Positions 20,060 to 29,686 are shown, numbered from the stretch's first letter. The stretch: DNA of 64,000 nt from a virus (IMGVR_UViG_3300028832_000095:137896-201895), one strand, 5' to 3'. The notes: generated by a model not told the origin, from the letters alone. Program-made: numbers and translations.

Positions 20060-20079
20060 TTACTTTATGGTGATTAAAT

Positions 20080-20520
20080 ATGATTAAATTATATGTCGAA
20101 AGACGAAAGAGGTTATCAGAAAGTCTTGATGCCCCGTGTGAAGGGATATTTTGGATTATTGATAATGAACTAATCGCATACACAGATCAGGTTGATACAT
20201 CTGGAAAATTATCTACCACTCTTGAACATAGGAAGATATGGAATGAGATTAAAGATAAGTACACAGATGATGAAATGCAATTAGTTCCTTATGATTATTA
20301 TCCTCGTGGAAGAGTTATGGTGAATCCTATTTATAAAGATGGGAAGTTCGATCACTATAATGCATATATTTATATGGATGAATGTATCAAAACATATGAA
20401 AACATAACTGATATAATCTATGAGTTTAGGCTTAAAAATAATTGTGATATTAAGTATGTTGGTTCATCTGGTGGTGTTGAATCAGGTCATTATGTATGTC
20501 ATAACTGCAAAGGAGGATGA
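20080..20520 (+). CDS. GIFW/H..W/PRGRV-family protein with KLxxE leader
   Basis: MIKLYVE leader; GIFWII..LEHRKIW..YDYYPRGRV; paralogs at 60216 and 60733. Confidence 0.75.
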   Translation: MIKLYVERRKRLSESLDAPCEGIFWIIDNELIAYTDQVDTSGKLSTTLEHRKIWNEIKDKYTDDEMQLVPYDYYPRGRVMVNPIYKDGKFDHYNAYIYMDECIKTYENITDIIYEFRLKNNCDIKYVGSSGGVESGHYVCHNCKGG

Positions 20521-20524
20521 TACA

Positions 20525-20728
20525 GTGGATCCTATTTGTGTAAATATTGCGTGTAGACAGAATGGTATGTGTGATACTTGCATTAAAGAATGTCAATTTT
20601 ATACAGATATAGACTCTTTACTTAGAGTTCTCAGTTCGACAAAATATGGATTTGATGTTATCAGTGATGCTCATGAAATGACAATTCAGGAATACTATAA
20701 TGATATTGAAACGGAACTGATATTTTGA
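20525..20728 (+). CDS. small Cys-rich protein
   Basis: AGGAGG RBS, GTG start. Confidence 0.6.
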   Translation: MDPICVNIACRQNGMCDTCIKECQFYTDIDSLLRVLSSTKYGFDVISDAHEMTIQEYYNDIETELIF

Positions 20729-20749
20729 AAAGAGATAAGGAGGATTAAG

Positions 20750-20959
20750 ATGGATATTAGAATTCTTGGTTACGCCGGAATTATTTGTTTTGCAATTCTT
20801 GTAATTTGTGCTTTATATGCTGTTATTATGATCGCAGCAAACACTAAAAGGATTGCGGATGAATTAAAATATCTTAACAGGAATGTTTCTGACTTAAAAC
20901 TCAAAATGACGGGCAAGGATAATAAAACAGGGATTTATGATGATCTTGGAGGTGAATAA
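20750..20959 (+). CDS. small membrane protein
   Basis: N-terminal TM helix, AGGAGG RBS. Confidence 0.7.
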   Translation: MDIRILGYAGIICFAILVICALYAVIMIAANTKRIADELKYLNRNVSDLKLKMTGKDNKTGIYDDLGGE

Positions 20960-20960
20960 G

Positions 20961-21188
20961 ATGGATTCTAAAGTAACAAAACAAATCATGGCAGTTTCTA
21001 TCTGTCAACTTAGCAACAGTATCTCGGATCTCGGAAAGTTGCTACAAAATGATGAATTCACAGACACACTGTTTTTTAAAATGGAAGATGATTTGGAAGA
21101 TTTCATCATTGAGGTTTCAGATAAAATTATGGATGTTACAAGAAAAATGGCTTTAATGAAACTATCGGAGGGTAAGAATGAAGTTTAA
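20961..21188 (+). CDS. hypothetical protein
   Basis: GGAGG RBS. Confidence 0.65.
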   Translation: MDSKVTKQIMAVSICQLSNSISDLGKLLQNDEFTDTLFFKMEDDLEDFIIEVSDKIMDVTRKMALMKLSEGKNEV

Positions 21189-21393
21189 GTTGATAGGTAG
21201 CTGCAAGAATTGTGATAAAGTTATCACTATGACACAAAGATTTGATATTCCTGAAACTGAAAAAGAATTCAGTGAAGCTGAAATTCTAAATGCTATTGCT
21301 TGTAAAGTACATAATGAAATTCATAAATGTTCTGCCGGAAGTCCTAATGTATTTGGTCTTGTAGAACCTTTTCAAATTGTAAAGGAGGATTGA
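21178..21393 (+). CDS. hypothetical protein
   Basis: GGAGG RBS; CKNC..HKC. Confidence 0.65.
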   Translation: MKFKLIGSCKNCDKVITMTQRFDIPETEKEFSEAEILNAIACKVHNEIHKCSAGSPNVFGLVEPFQIVKED

Positions 21394-21400
21394 GTCAAAA

Positions 21401-22198
21401 ATGCTCTATGTTAGTTTAATTATCATTGGATTTCTTTTATGTGTTTGTATTTATTTAATATATCAACTTAAAGGATCTGGTTCAAAACATAACAATGATA
21501 TGAAAGATCTTGATAATAGTTATGTGAAAAAACAAGAGCAACTTCAAAAAGACTTTGAATCTCGTGTAAATGATATAAATGCTAGATTTTATGAGATTCA
21601 ACAATCATATATACAAAAGGAACAATCTTATGATGTTGAGATACAAGATATATTATTTCGGCTAGAGAACTATAAAGAATTAGAAAATAAAGTTGTTGAA
21701 AAGTATAAACAAAAAGAGATTGATGAGAAACAAAGAGATTTTTATAGAATCATCCTAGAAAAGTCTGATCTCTCTGATGTTGAAAAGTTAAATGCTTTTG
21801 CCCCACAACTTTCAAAGCCAGTTGTATTGTATAAACTAATGTATGAGGTATATTACAAATCTAAATTGGAGGAACTATTTAAGAGGTTGATACCTAGTGA
21901 TTGCACATCTGGAGGAATATATAAAATAACAAATATAAAAAATAATAAATGCTATATTGGAAGAACAACTAATTTTCTAACTAGGTGGAGAGATCATGCT
22001 AAGTGTGGGATAGGTGCTGATTCCGGAGCGCAAGTAAGGAATAAGTTTTACGAAGCAATAAAAATGGATGGTATTGAAAATTTTACATTTGAAATTATTG
22101 ATAGGTGTGAAAAAGATATTCAACCAGAACGAGAAAAATTTTGGATTGATTATTATAAATCTACAGAATATGGATATAATACAGTATCAGGAGGTTAA
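21401..22198 (+). CDS. GIY-YIG nuclease-domain protein with N-terminal TM helix and coiled coil
   Basis: GIYKITN..CYIGRT..RW..H..F.FEII..E..WI..GYN. Confidence 0.85.
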   Translation: MLYVSLIIIGFLLCVCIYLIYQLKGSGSKHNNDMKDLDNSYVKKQEQLQKDFESRVNDINARFYEIQQSYIQKEQSYDVEIQDILFRLENYKELENKVVEKYKQKEIDEKQRDFYRIILEKSDLSDVEKLNAFAPQLSKPVVLYKLMYEVYYKSKLEELFKRLIPSDCTSGGIYKITNIKNNKCYIGRTTNFLTRWRDHAKCGIGADSGAQVRNKFYEAIKMDGIENFTFEIIDRCEKDIQPEREKFWIDYYKSTEYGYNTVSGG

Positions 22199-22203
22199 TA
22201 TTT

Positions 22204-23241
22204 ATGAAAAGTGTGTTTAATAAATGCTTGGCAATTCTAGTGTCTATTTGTATGGTTCCTTTGTTTAAGATCCATGTTGAAGCAAAGATAATTGAACCAG
22301 AAGTTGTAAAAACAGAAAAATGGACTACTTCTTATTTTATTGATGATGATATGGAAACTCTTTATCCATATGTTCAATGTGAAGCAGATATTTATAACGA
22401 TGGAACGATTAAATTCTATATGTGGAATACACATGAGTGGAATGGTTTTACAACATATGAACATAATTTATGTATTTGCGGAACACATATTTTTTATGAT
22501 GAAGATTCTATACCGTATCAGTATTATTTTGGGAAACGTGATGATTCTGGTATTCATTTTGAACAAGGAATGCTGGACAATACAATTTTGGAAGACGGTA
22601 TTGTACCAAATGATATAAATAATGAAAAAGTAGTTAATTTGTTTTTGAATTCTTTTAGTTATAAACCGTGTTCTTATGAGTTAGAATTATATGATTGTCC
22701 TATACCAGAGACAATAGGTGTTATAGGAAAGAAAGATTCATTTAAGACATTTCCTATATTTATTGATATGGTTAAAAATATTTCACTTCCGAAGTTTTCA
22801 GAATATTATTCAACTAAAAATAATCCAATAGTAAGGTTTACGTTAAAACCAAAAACAGAACCTATAAAACAGTATGATTTTAAATTATATGGTCACGGTA
22901 TCACGATTACACCAGAACTTCTTTCTGGTAGTGTGATAGCTACTCCGGAGCCTTCCGAACAAGAAAAACGTATTGCAGAACTAGAAGAACAGAATAAAAT
23001 ACTAATTGAACAGAATAATCAACTTGAAGCAGAGATTGATAGAATCAACGAAGAAAATAATCACCTAAGTTTTGAAAATGATAGACTTGAATATGAAGTA
23101 AAATCATTAAAATCTCAGCTTGATTCGATTTTAGTCGGTGATCTAAACAGTGATGGATCAATTGACATCCTTGATGCCATTGTAATTCGTAGATTCCTAG
23201 CAGGAACTATTGAAGAACTACCATATAAAGGAGGAGAATGA
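22204..23241 (+). CDS. secreted protein with coiled coil and C-terminal single dockerin repeat
   Basis: signal peptide ending VEA; heptad region; GDLNSDGSIDILDAIVIRRFLAGTIEELP. Confidence 0.8.
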   Translation: MKSVFNKCLAILVSICMVPLFKIHVEAKIIEPEVVKTEKWTTSYFIDDDMETLYPYVQCEADIYNDGTIKFYMWNTHEWNGFTTYEHNLCICGTHIFYDEDSIPYQYYFGKRDDSGIHFEQGMLDNTILEDGIVPNDINNEKVVNLFLNSFSYKPCSYELELYDCPIPETIGVIGKKDSFKTFPIFIDMVKNISLPKFSEYYSTKNNPIVRFTLKPKTEPIKQYDFKLYGHGITITPELLSGSVIATPEPSEQEKRIAELEEQNKILIEQNNQLEAEIDRINEENNHLSFENDRLEYEVKSLKSQLDSILVGDLNSDGSIDILDAIVIRRFLAGTIEELPYKGGE

Positions 23242-23876
23242 ATATGTCAACCATGTCAGAGTGGGCAAGAAGAGAAGTTGAGATTGCCTGTAAAAAAGAA
23301 GCACCTAACCGAAAAGAATGTGAGTGGGATTATGGTTGTTCATGTTATGAATCAGCCTTAAAAGCATTTGAATCTTTATGTGAAGATGGTCATAGTGGAT
23401 ATAGTTTTTCTGTTACAAGAAATATTCTTACAAGACTTATGAATCATTATCCACTTACTCCAATCAATGATGATGAAACATGGGGAGAGTCAGATCAGTG
23501 TGCAAGAATGTCCTCTCTTTTTCGGGAAACAGATGAAAATGGCAACATCTTATATTCAGATGTAGATAGAGTTATTTGTATTGATACAGAAGATGGATGT
23601 ACTTTTACAAATGGATTCATTACACGGATGATTGATAAGATGTTTCCAATAAAAATGCCATATTATCCGAATGGAAAATATCATGTTGAAGTTGAACATC
23701 TTTCTACTACAAATGATCCGGATAGTTTTGATACCATTATTATTCATTCTATTAAACATCCTGATGGACACACAACGAAAGATTTTATTGCATTCGCAGA
23801 AGATACGGAAGGTAAATTACATAAAATTAGTGAGGAAGAGTTATTGGTTAGAAGAAAAATGGCAGAAATGAGGTGA
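23238..23876 (+). CDS. phage hypothetical protein
   Basis: GHSGYS..PLTPI..RMSSLFR..FPIKMPYYP motifs. Confidence 0.75.
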   Translation: MNMSTMSEWARREVEIACKKEAPNRKECEWDYGCSCYESALKAFESLCEDGHSGYSFSVTRNILTRLMNHYPLTPINDDETWGESDQCARMSSLFRETDENGNILYSDVDRVICIDTEDGCTFTNGFITRMIDKMFPIKMPYYPNGKYHVEVEHLSTTNDPDSFDTIIIHSIKHPDGHTTKDFIAFAEDTEGKLHKISEEELLVRRKMAEMR

Positions 23877-23881
23877 GTACA

Positions 23882-24034
23882 ATGAAAGTATATATCGTAA
23901 CTGACGACTGTGGAGCTATTATAAAAATATTCAAAAGTAAAGAAAGAGCTTATGAACTATATGATGAACTGATGAAAGAAACTCCAAGAACTTCTTTTTA
24001 TTATGAAGTAATGGAGTATGATGTTGAAGAATAA
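23882..24034 (+). CDS. small hypothetical protein (50 aa, not in ORF track)
   Basis: GAGGTG RBS; MKVYIVTDDCGAIIKIFKSKERAYE... Confidence 0.65.
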   Translation: MKVYIVTDDCGAIIKIFKSKERAYELYDELMKETPRTSFYYEVMEYDVEE

Positions 24035-24042
24035 GATTTATC

Positions 24043-24078
24043 AAGTACCTGACAGATTAGTTAGGTACTTTACTTTTG
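24043..24078 (+). terminator. Rho-independent terminator
   Basis: AAGTACCTGAC/GTTAGGTACTT stem then a T-rich tract. Confidence 0.65.
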
Positions 24079-24174
24079 CTTAATTAAAATTAGATTTACT
24101 TTGTTTTTGTATAGTATATACAAAAATCATTATTATTTTGAGAGTAGTTTATAATGCTAAAATTCAAAAACCAC

Positions 24175-24203
24175 TTGACATTTCATAGATTTTGTGTTAT
24201 ACT
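24175..24203 (+). promoter_or_regulatory. sigmaA-type promoter
   Basis: TTGACA-17nt-TATACT with TG extension. Confidence 0.85.
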
Positions 24204-24238
24204 ATATTTACAAAGTATTATAGATGGAGGTACATAAA

Positions 24239-24571
24239 ATGGCAGTCACGTTCATCTCTTACACAGGTAAATATCCATGTCTTTGTTCCGGTATCCTCAC
24301 TGTTGACATTGATGGTAAAGAGTATCGTTTTGGATCGAAATGTGGTGATGATACACTGTATCCTAAGTTCTGGAGTTCCGGTGGATCTTGTGGGTTCGAT
24401 AGTTCTTGGAATAGTTATATAGAACATAATTCCTGGATAGAGAGTTCCTTTTGGAGAACATACAAAGATAAAGATAAGGATAAAGAATTCTTCATTGAAT
24501 CACATCTCAGTGAACTTTTATCTGTTATGAATGCAAATGTTCCTCACGGATGCTGCGGAGGATGTTTGTAA
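24239..24571 (+). CDS. Cys-motif phage hypothetical protein
   Basis: YTGKYPCLCSG..FWSSGG..GCCGGCL. Confidence 0.75.
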   Translation: MAVTFISYTGKYPCLCSGILTVDIDGKEYRFGSKCGDDTLYPKFWSSGGSCGFDSSWNSYIEHNSWIESSFWRTYKDKDKDKEFFIESHLSELLSVMNANVPHGCCGGCL

Positions 24572-24603
24572 AAATAAAAAAAAAGAAACGGAGGACAAAA
24601 AAG

Positions 24604-24843
24604 ATGGGAGTATACGCAAAGGTAAATGGTATTCTTTATTGTAATGCCGGAAATATTAAGACAAAGGATTTCAATATTGTAGATCAATGTCTTAAACGAA
24701 TTATTCACGTTGGTGATCTGAAAAAAGATGACATTGTAATTGAATACTCACAGGGCGGAATTTATACATTCTATATCAAGGAATCTGTATATACTATCTG
24801 CTATTCAAGTGTTATTTCTACATTCAAGGAGGAAAATGTATAA
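24604..24843 (+). CDS. hypothetical protein
   Basis: GGAGG RBS. Confidence 0.6.
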   Translation: MGVYAKVNGILYCNAGNIKTKDFNIVDQCLKRIIHVGDLKKDDIVIEYSQGGIYTFYIKESVYTICYSSVISTFKEENV

Positions 24844-25085
24844 TGGTTACGGTTGATGTTAATATTATGATTGGAAATTTTACAAGTACAAAGACAATGG
24901 AATTTGACAGTCTTAACGAAGCACTTGATTATATCAAAGTTCATATGTTTGACAATTACAAGAATTGTCAGTATGTTCATGTTGATAACTATGATACTGA
25001 AGGTGAAATTTATCTTGTGGTTGTAAACGGAGCTATTATAACCGAGGTTACTATTACTGGAAATCCAGATGAGGAAGATAAATGA
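24843..25085 (+). CDS. hypothetical protein
   Basis: AGGAGG RBS, TAATG overlap. Confidence 0.65.
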   Translation: MVTVDVNIMIGNFTSTKTMEFDSLNEALDYIKVHMFDNYKNCQYVHVDNYDTEGEIYLVVVNGAIITEVTITGNPDEEDK

Positions 25086-25138
25086 ATTCACAGACAGAAA
25101 AACTGTTGATGAATATTTTTATCTATTAGAAAAGGAGT

Positions 25139-25618
25139 ATGGTAATCATGACAAAAGATGATATGAGTACCGCAACAGATAAACTTCCAGTCTTTCTTGA
25201 CGCAAATGAATCACTTAAATTTTATCAAATTGAAAAGAATAGAAAGTATATTCAAATGAGAGACTATCTGCTATATGAGCACAAAATAGACAGTGATAAG
25301 ATTATTTCAGATATTACTGAAAGCATTTCTAGTCTGTTCCCGAAAGAGTTGAACGGGTTTAAGGTTGAATGGGAAGTTATTCTTGATAATATTTCAAGTC
25401 ATGGAAGTGCTATATTCAAAGTAAATAGTAAGATTACAAGATTTGGTAATATGCATCTATATCAAACATTTGGAATTGTATGGGCATTGGATATAAACTA
25501 TTCAGGATTCCTCGGTGATGAATTTATTAAAGACGGAATGAGAAGTGTAGAAGAACAAGTAAAAGAATTGATCTTTACTATGATAGAATGGAGTAATAAA
25601 GAGTATGTGGATTGGTGA
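25139..25618 (+). CDS. hypothetical protein
   Basis: 159 aa ORF, AAGGAG nearby; start uncertain. Confidence 0.65.
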   Translation: MVIMTKDDMSTATDKLPVFLDANESLKFYQIEKNRKYIQMRDYLLYEHKIDSDKIISDITESISSLFPKELNGFKVEWEVILDNISSHGSAIFKVNSKITRFGNMHLYQTFGIVWALDINYSGFLGDEFIKDGMRSVEEQVKELIFTMIEWSNKEYVDW

Positions 25619-25928
25619 AAATAGAACAGTCGTAAGGTGTGAGGAAAGAGATATTAGTATTGTTTCTGCCAAATGTAATAAATGTAATAAATATGTAGAA
25701 CAAGTAAATAACTTTTCTCCTATCCTGTCTTATGTTTACTGTCCGTTCTGTGGAAATAAAAATGCTGAAACAGAAACAAGGACAGACTGTAAAGGTTGTG
25801 ATTATTATATCACTCATACACCGACTCAAGCGTATTGCAGTAAACATAATAAGCACGTTGACGGATATGAAAACTATTTGTATCTCTATAAGATCTGTGG
25901 GTGTGAAGATGTAAAGAACGGAGGTTGA
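25605..25928 (+). CDS. zinc-ribbon protein
   Basis: CNKC..CPFCG..CKGC. Confidence 0.65.
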   Translation: MWIGENRTVVRCEERDISIVSAKCNKCNKYVEQVNNFSPILSYVYCPFCGNKNAETETRTDCKGCDYYITHTPTQAYCSKHNKHVDGYENYLYLYKICGCEDVKNGG

Positions 25929-25933
25929 TTGTT

Positions 25934-26641
25934 ATGTGGGAAGAAGATTTTTGGGAAGACGATTATTCTGAATATGACAAACTTATCTACGACTTAAAAG
26001 AATCTTTGAAGTCTGGGATTAAACAGGAAGTTACAGATAAGATCAATGATTTGGAATCACAGTTATATGAGGTCAGAGAGTTTATTGCGGAACGTGACAG
26101 ATATATGGAAGAAATGAAAACACTTGAAAGAAAACTTGACGAGTGTGAAAAGTCTGTTGACAAACGAGCTAAAGATATTAGACTTCGTGAACTTCTTGAA
26201 ATACTTAAAAAACCTGCTTGGGTGTGTGACTATAAATGGGTATATCCAAAAGAAAAATGTGATAAGTGTGATGATAAAAGAACAATTCATTTCTTTTCTC
26301 CGTCAGGTAAAGAACATACTGAAAGCTGTCCGTTTTGTGGATATCATAGAATGGAATATTACCCGCAAGAAGCAGAACTTATTGAGATCAAAGAAACAAA
26401 ACCTGGTATTCGTATTGAACAAGAAATTCAAGGAGTTCATTTTACATTCGCAGTTCCTAGAAGATATGTAGAAAAGGAATTACGAGGAGAAGATATTTTT
26501 TATACGAACATTGAAATTCTGTATGGTGGAGAAGATTTCAAATATTCTTATGATATCTTCCGTACATATTTCAGGAACAAAGAAGATTGTCAGAGAGCCT
26601 GTGATTGGCTGAATGAGAGAACGATTAATGGTGAAAAATAA
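25934..26641 (+). CDS. coiled-coil plus zinc-finger protein
   Basis: CDKC..CPFC; GGAGG RBS. Confidence 0.7.
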   Translation: MWEEDFWEDDYSEYDKLIYDLKESLKSGIKQEVTDKINDLESQLYEVREFIAERDRYMEEMKTLERKLDECEKSVDKRAKDIRLRELLEILKKPAWVCDYKWVYPKEKCDKCDDKRTIHFFSPSGKEHTESCPFCGYHRMEYYPQEAELIEIKETKPGIRIEQEIQGVHFTFAVPRRYVEKELRGEDIFYTNIEILYGGEDFKYSYDIFRTYFRNKEDCQRACDWLNERTINGEK

Positions 26642-26647
26642 ATTGGG

Positions 26648-26971
26648 ATGGTGAACGATGTGAAAACATATGAAGTTGTAGATATGATCAATATATTCGG
26701 TGAAAATGCAACACTAAAACAAGTTCTTTCAATTGTTTCTGGTGGAAGAAAGTACAAATGCCCGAAATGCATCGGGAAAGGTAAAATTACAGTTAGATAT
26801 AACGGTTATCCGAAAGGTTTACCTGACAGTGGCTTTGTTTACGAAGAATCCTTTAAGGACATTGAATGTGATATATGTTGTGGCGAGGGGTACACAAGAG
26901 AAGAATACAAGCCTAGATATATCCAAGATGGATTTGAAGTAGTCGTTGGAAACGGAGGAAAGCAGAAATGA
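26648..26971 (+). CDS. DnaJ-type zinc-finger small protein
   Basis: CPKCIGKG and CDICCGEG. Confidence 0.7.
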   Translation: MVNDVKTYEVVDMINIFGENATLKQVLSIVSGGRKYKCPKCIGKGKITVRYNGYPKGLPDSGFVYEESFKDIECDICCGEGYTREEYKPRYIQDGFEVVVGNGGKQK

Positions 26972-27225
26972 CAATGAGCAAGGATGAATTCGAGGCATAC
27001 ATCAAAAAACACAAAATCGCCAAAAAGACTATTATTGAGGCGTACATAGCGGAGAACCCGAAGGACGAATACCACTATGATGACATCGACGCTGTGTACC
27101 AGCTCCAAGTTGACACACAGATTGGAGCACATACCATCGGGCGTACAAGGCAGGGTCGCGTGGGATGCGGGCATGGATCGACAAGGACAATGAACGGCAC
27201 AAAGTACGGACATGACTACCAGTGA
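26968..27225 (+). CDS. hypothetical protein, GC-rich gene
   Basis: GGAGG RBS, ATGA overlap; GC well above flanks. Confidence 0.65.
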   Translation: MTMSKDEFEAYIKKHKIAKKTIIEAYIAENPKDEYHYDDIDAVYQLQVDTQIGAHTIGRTRQGRVGCGHGSTRTMNGTKYGHDYQ

Positions 27226-27295
27226 AGGGGATAATCAAGAATAGTAGTAATTATTTTATGAATTAGTATATTATTGTTGGTGAGGAGCGTAAATA

Positions 27296-27493
27296 ATGAC
27301 AAATTCTGATAGGATTAGACAGATGACGGACGAGGAACTTGCGGAGTTTCTGGATGAAGATGCAAGCTATACGTGCAGTATATGCACAAGGCATGATGCT
27401 AAAAATTCTTGTAGTGATTACGAGTGTAAAAAATTTGTGCTTAACTGGCTACAAAAGGAGGCTGACGAAGATGAAACTAAAAGAATTGATTGA
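27296..27493 (+). CDS. small phage protein
   Basis: MTNSDRIRQMTDEELAEFL..C..C..C..WL pattern. Confidence 0.75.
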   Translation: MTNSDRIRQMTDEELAEFLDEDASYTCSICTRHDAKNSCSDYECKKFVLNWLQKEADEDETKRID

Positions 27494-27707
27494 TAACATG
27501 GCATATGGAACACATTACAAGTTGCTTGGTGCTAGTACAGGTAAACATCTTGCAGACAGTTGGAAGAATAAAGAGGATTTCATTAAGGCATTTTTTGAAG
27601 ATGATGTTTCTGGTATTTTCCCATCTTTTGATGCCCAGAAAGATCACATTACGAAAGTTCCAAAATACATAGGACCTATGATTTGCATTTGGTTGAGTGG
27701 GAGGTGA
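27471..27707 (+). CDS. hypothetical protein
   Basis: AGGAGG RBS; MKLKELI start. Confidence 0.65.
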   Translation: MKLKELIDNMAYGTHYKLLGASTGKHLADSWKNKEDFIKAFFEDDVSGIFPSFDAQKDHITKVPKYIGPMICIWLSGR

Positions 27708-27712
27708 TAGAG

Positions 27713-28057
27713 ATGACAGAATTGATTGATAAACAGAAAGTTATAAGATTGTTTATTGAAGGTGATGGTCACGATGATGACAGATTCACAGAAGGATATA
27801 ATTTTGCTACTGAGAAATATCGTGAAGCAATCAAAAACATTAAACCATTAGATAACTGGATTCCATGCATTGAGAAACTACCGGAACAGTTAGTGGATGT
27901 AATTGTTTGTACTGACATTAAGACAGTCACACTTGCATGGCTGAATGGAGATCATTGGGTATTTGCTGATACTGGAAATGGACATACAGAGAATTGGAGT
28001 TTGGATGCCGTGACACATTGGCAACCGAAGCCAAGACCTGTGGGGGAATATGCATAA
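27713..28057 (+). CDS. DUF551-like protein
   Basis: WIPCIEKLPE..V.V..VTHWQPKP. Confidence 0.75.
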   Translation: MTELIDKQKVIRLFIEGDGHDDDRFTEGYNFATEKYREAIKNIKPLDNWIPCIEKLPEQLVDVIVCTDIKTVTLAWLNGDHWVFADTGNGHTENWSLDAVTHWQPKPRPVGEYA

Positions 28058-28209
28058 TGAAAATGAATAAAGAAGATTTTGCTGCCCTGATTTGTTTACT
28101 ACTTATATTTTTTCTGATAGGTGTTCTTGTTGGAGGTTATTGGTGTAGGAAGAATATGAGTAATGAAGAATCTAATAATCAATGTTCTTGTAGATGTTGT
28201 GAAGAATAA
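28057..28209 (+). CDS. small membrane protein
   Basis: TM helix, TAATG overlap. Confidence 0.55.
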   Translation: MKMNKEDFAALICLLLIFFLIGVLVGGYWCRKNMSNEESNNQCSCRCCEE

Positions 28210-28241
28210 CATTATATAGTTTTGAAAGGTGTGAATAAAAA

Positions 28242-28454
28242 ATGATTGAATCCTTTAAACAAGAAACGGTTGATAATACCACTACACATAAGATCAAAAT
28301 GGTTACAGGTGCTTGGTTATTTTGTGGTAACTATAAAGATTATGACGGAGATATATGTTCGGTTTACAGATGCTCTAATTGTTCGGAAAAAGTTATGAAA
28401 AGATCTAACTTCTGTCCGAACTGTGGATCTGAAATGAAAGGTTGGGCTAAATAA
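28242..28454 (+). CDS. zinc-ribbon protein
   Basis: CSNC..FCPNCG. Confidence 0.7.
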   Translation: MIESFKQETVDNTTTHKIKMVTGAWLFCGNYKDYDGDICSVYRCSNCSEKVMKRSNFCPNCGSEMKGWAK

Positions 28455-29197
28455 TGGGAGAAGAATTAAAATATTATGATCTAAAAGATATTCTAAGATT
28501 TATTGGAATTGATTATGAATTTGAAAGAAAGAAAACATACCCTTTTAATAAGGATCCAAAACAAATCTCATTCTCATGGGGTCAGATCATAATTCCAAAA
28601 CAAGGTATCCGAGATGTCGTAAAGAATAAGATTTGTGACAATAAAGAACTTCCTATTGATAGCATTAAGATGATGTATCAAATCCCGTTTAAGAATGATT
28701 GGAAAGATGGAACCGTTGGTATTGGAGTTATCAATCAGGATATTCAACTTACATTTAGATATGATAAAGAATATAAATATGGGAATATTACGAAATCAAT
28801 TTACGAGGTTTGTTTTTATATCCTTGAAAATGCAACCGCTACAAATGATTTTTATATTATAACAGATGAAGAAGTTTTCAATTTCTTTTCCTATTACATT
28901 ATTCCAAATCAATGGGGTCTTGGAAGAATGACAGTTTCAAGTCCTTGTGTTGAAAAATGGGAAATAAATGAGGATCAGATTAAGGAAGAAAAGGAAGAAT
29001 ACACTGCTGCTGAAGAGGATAAAAGCAATGATGTTCCATGCGAATCTTGTTCACACCTAATTCCAACAGCACCATTTGTAGCATCCTGTTCTAAATGTAA
29101 TGTAGTTGTTGATGGTGATAATTGGACAAACACAAAAAATAATATGTGGAATAAGTGTAAGGGAGTGTGTGCTAAGTCATGTCGGATGAAGAAGTAA
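28454..29197 (+). CDS. hypothetical protein
   Basis: 247 aa, Cys-rich C-terminus. Confidence 0.7.
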   Translation: MGEELKYYDLKDILRFIGIDYEFERKKTYPFNKDPKQISFSWGQIIIPKQGIRDVVKNKICDNKELPIDSIKMMYQIPFKNDWKDGTVGIGVINQDIQLTFRYDKEYKYGNITKSIYEVCFYILENATATNDFYIITDEEVFNFFSYYIIPNQWGLGRMTVSSPCVEKWEINEDQIKEEKEEYTAAEEDKSNDVPCESCSHLIPTAPFVASCSKCNVVVDGDNWTNTKNNMWNKCKGVCAKSCRMKK

Positions 29198-29382
29198 AGA
29201 ATGGATATTGGAAAGGTCTTACATCAAGATATTGGAAAGCTAATAAAGATGGATACAGTGGAGAATATAAAGATTATATATTCTATAAATGCTCTGTATG
29301 TGGTAGAAAAACTGTAATCAGGGAAAATTTCTGTCCGAGTTGCGGTAAAAAAATGAGTAAGGAGGAAATAAGAAATGACTGA
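29179..29382 (+). CDS. zinc-ribbon protein
   Basis: CSVCG..FCPSCG. Confidence 0.7.
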   Translation: MSDEEVKNGYWKGLTSRYWKANKDGYSGEYKDYIFYKCSVCGRKTVIRENFCPSCGKKMSKEEIRND

Positions 29383-29576
29383 TTGGATCAAATGTAAAGA
29401 TAAGTTACCAAAGGATCAAGTTAGAGTTTTGATTTTTACAAAATATAAAGGAAATGCAATCGCTAAAAGATGTGGCAATGGTGATTGGTATCTTGATAAG
29501 AATGATTATCTGGCTGTCTATCATGCAAATGATAGACACGCACTGGATGCCACTTCCTAATGATCCGGAAGAATAA
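29375..29576 (+). pseudogene. frameshifted DUF551-like gene
   Basis: MTDWIKCKDKLP in one frame; canonical THWMPLP C-terminus in the +1 frame after about 29537. Confidence 0.7.
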
Positions 29577-29601
29577 AAGAAATAATATTCGTTATAATCA
29601 A

Positions 29602-29640
29602 CAAAAACCTCACATAAAGTTTGTGAGGTTTTTGCTTTCT
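29602..29640 (+). terminator. Rho-independent terminator
   Basis: CAAAAACCTCACA/TGTGAGGTTTTTG stem plus T-rich tail. Confidence 0.75.
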
Positions 29641-29657
29641 TATTTATCAAATATCTA

Positions 29658-29686
29658 TTGACATTTTACTTATTTTATGTTATACT
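29658..29686 (+). promoter_or_regulatory. sigmaA-type promoter
   Basis: TTGACA-17nt-TATACT with TG extension. Confidence 0.85.

Noticed and set aside
24104-24126. TTTTTGTATA-GTA-TATACAAAAA inverted repeat upstream of a promoter
   Set aside because: Short and almost all A/T, so it could arise by chance; no second copy noticed.
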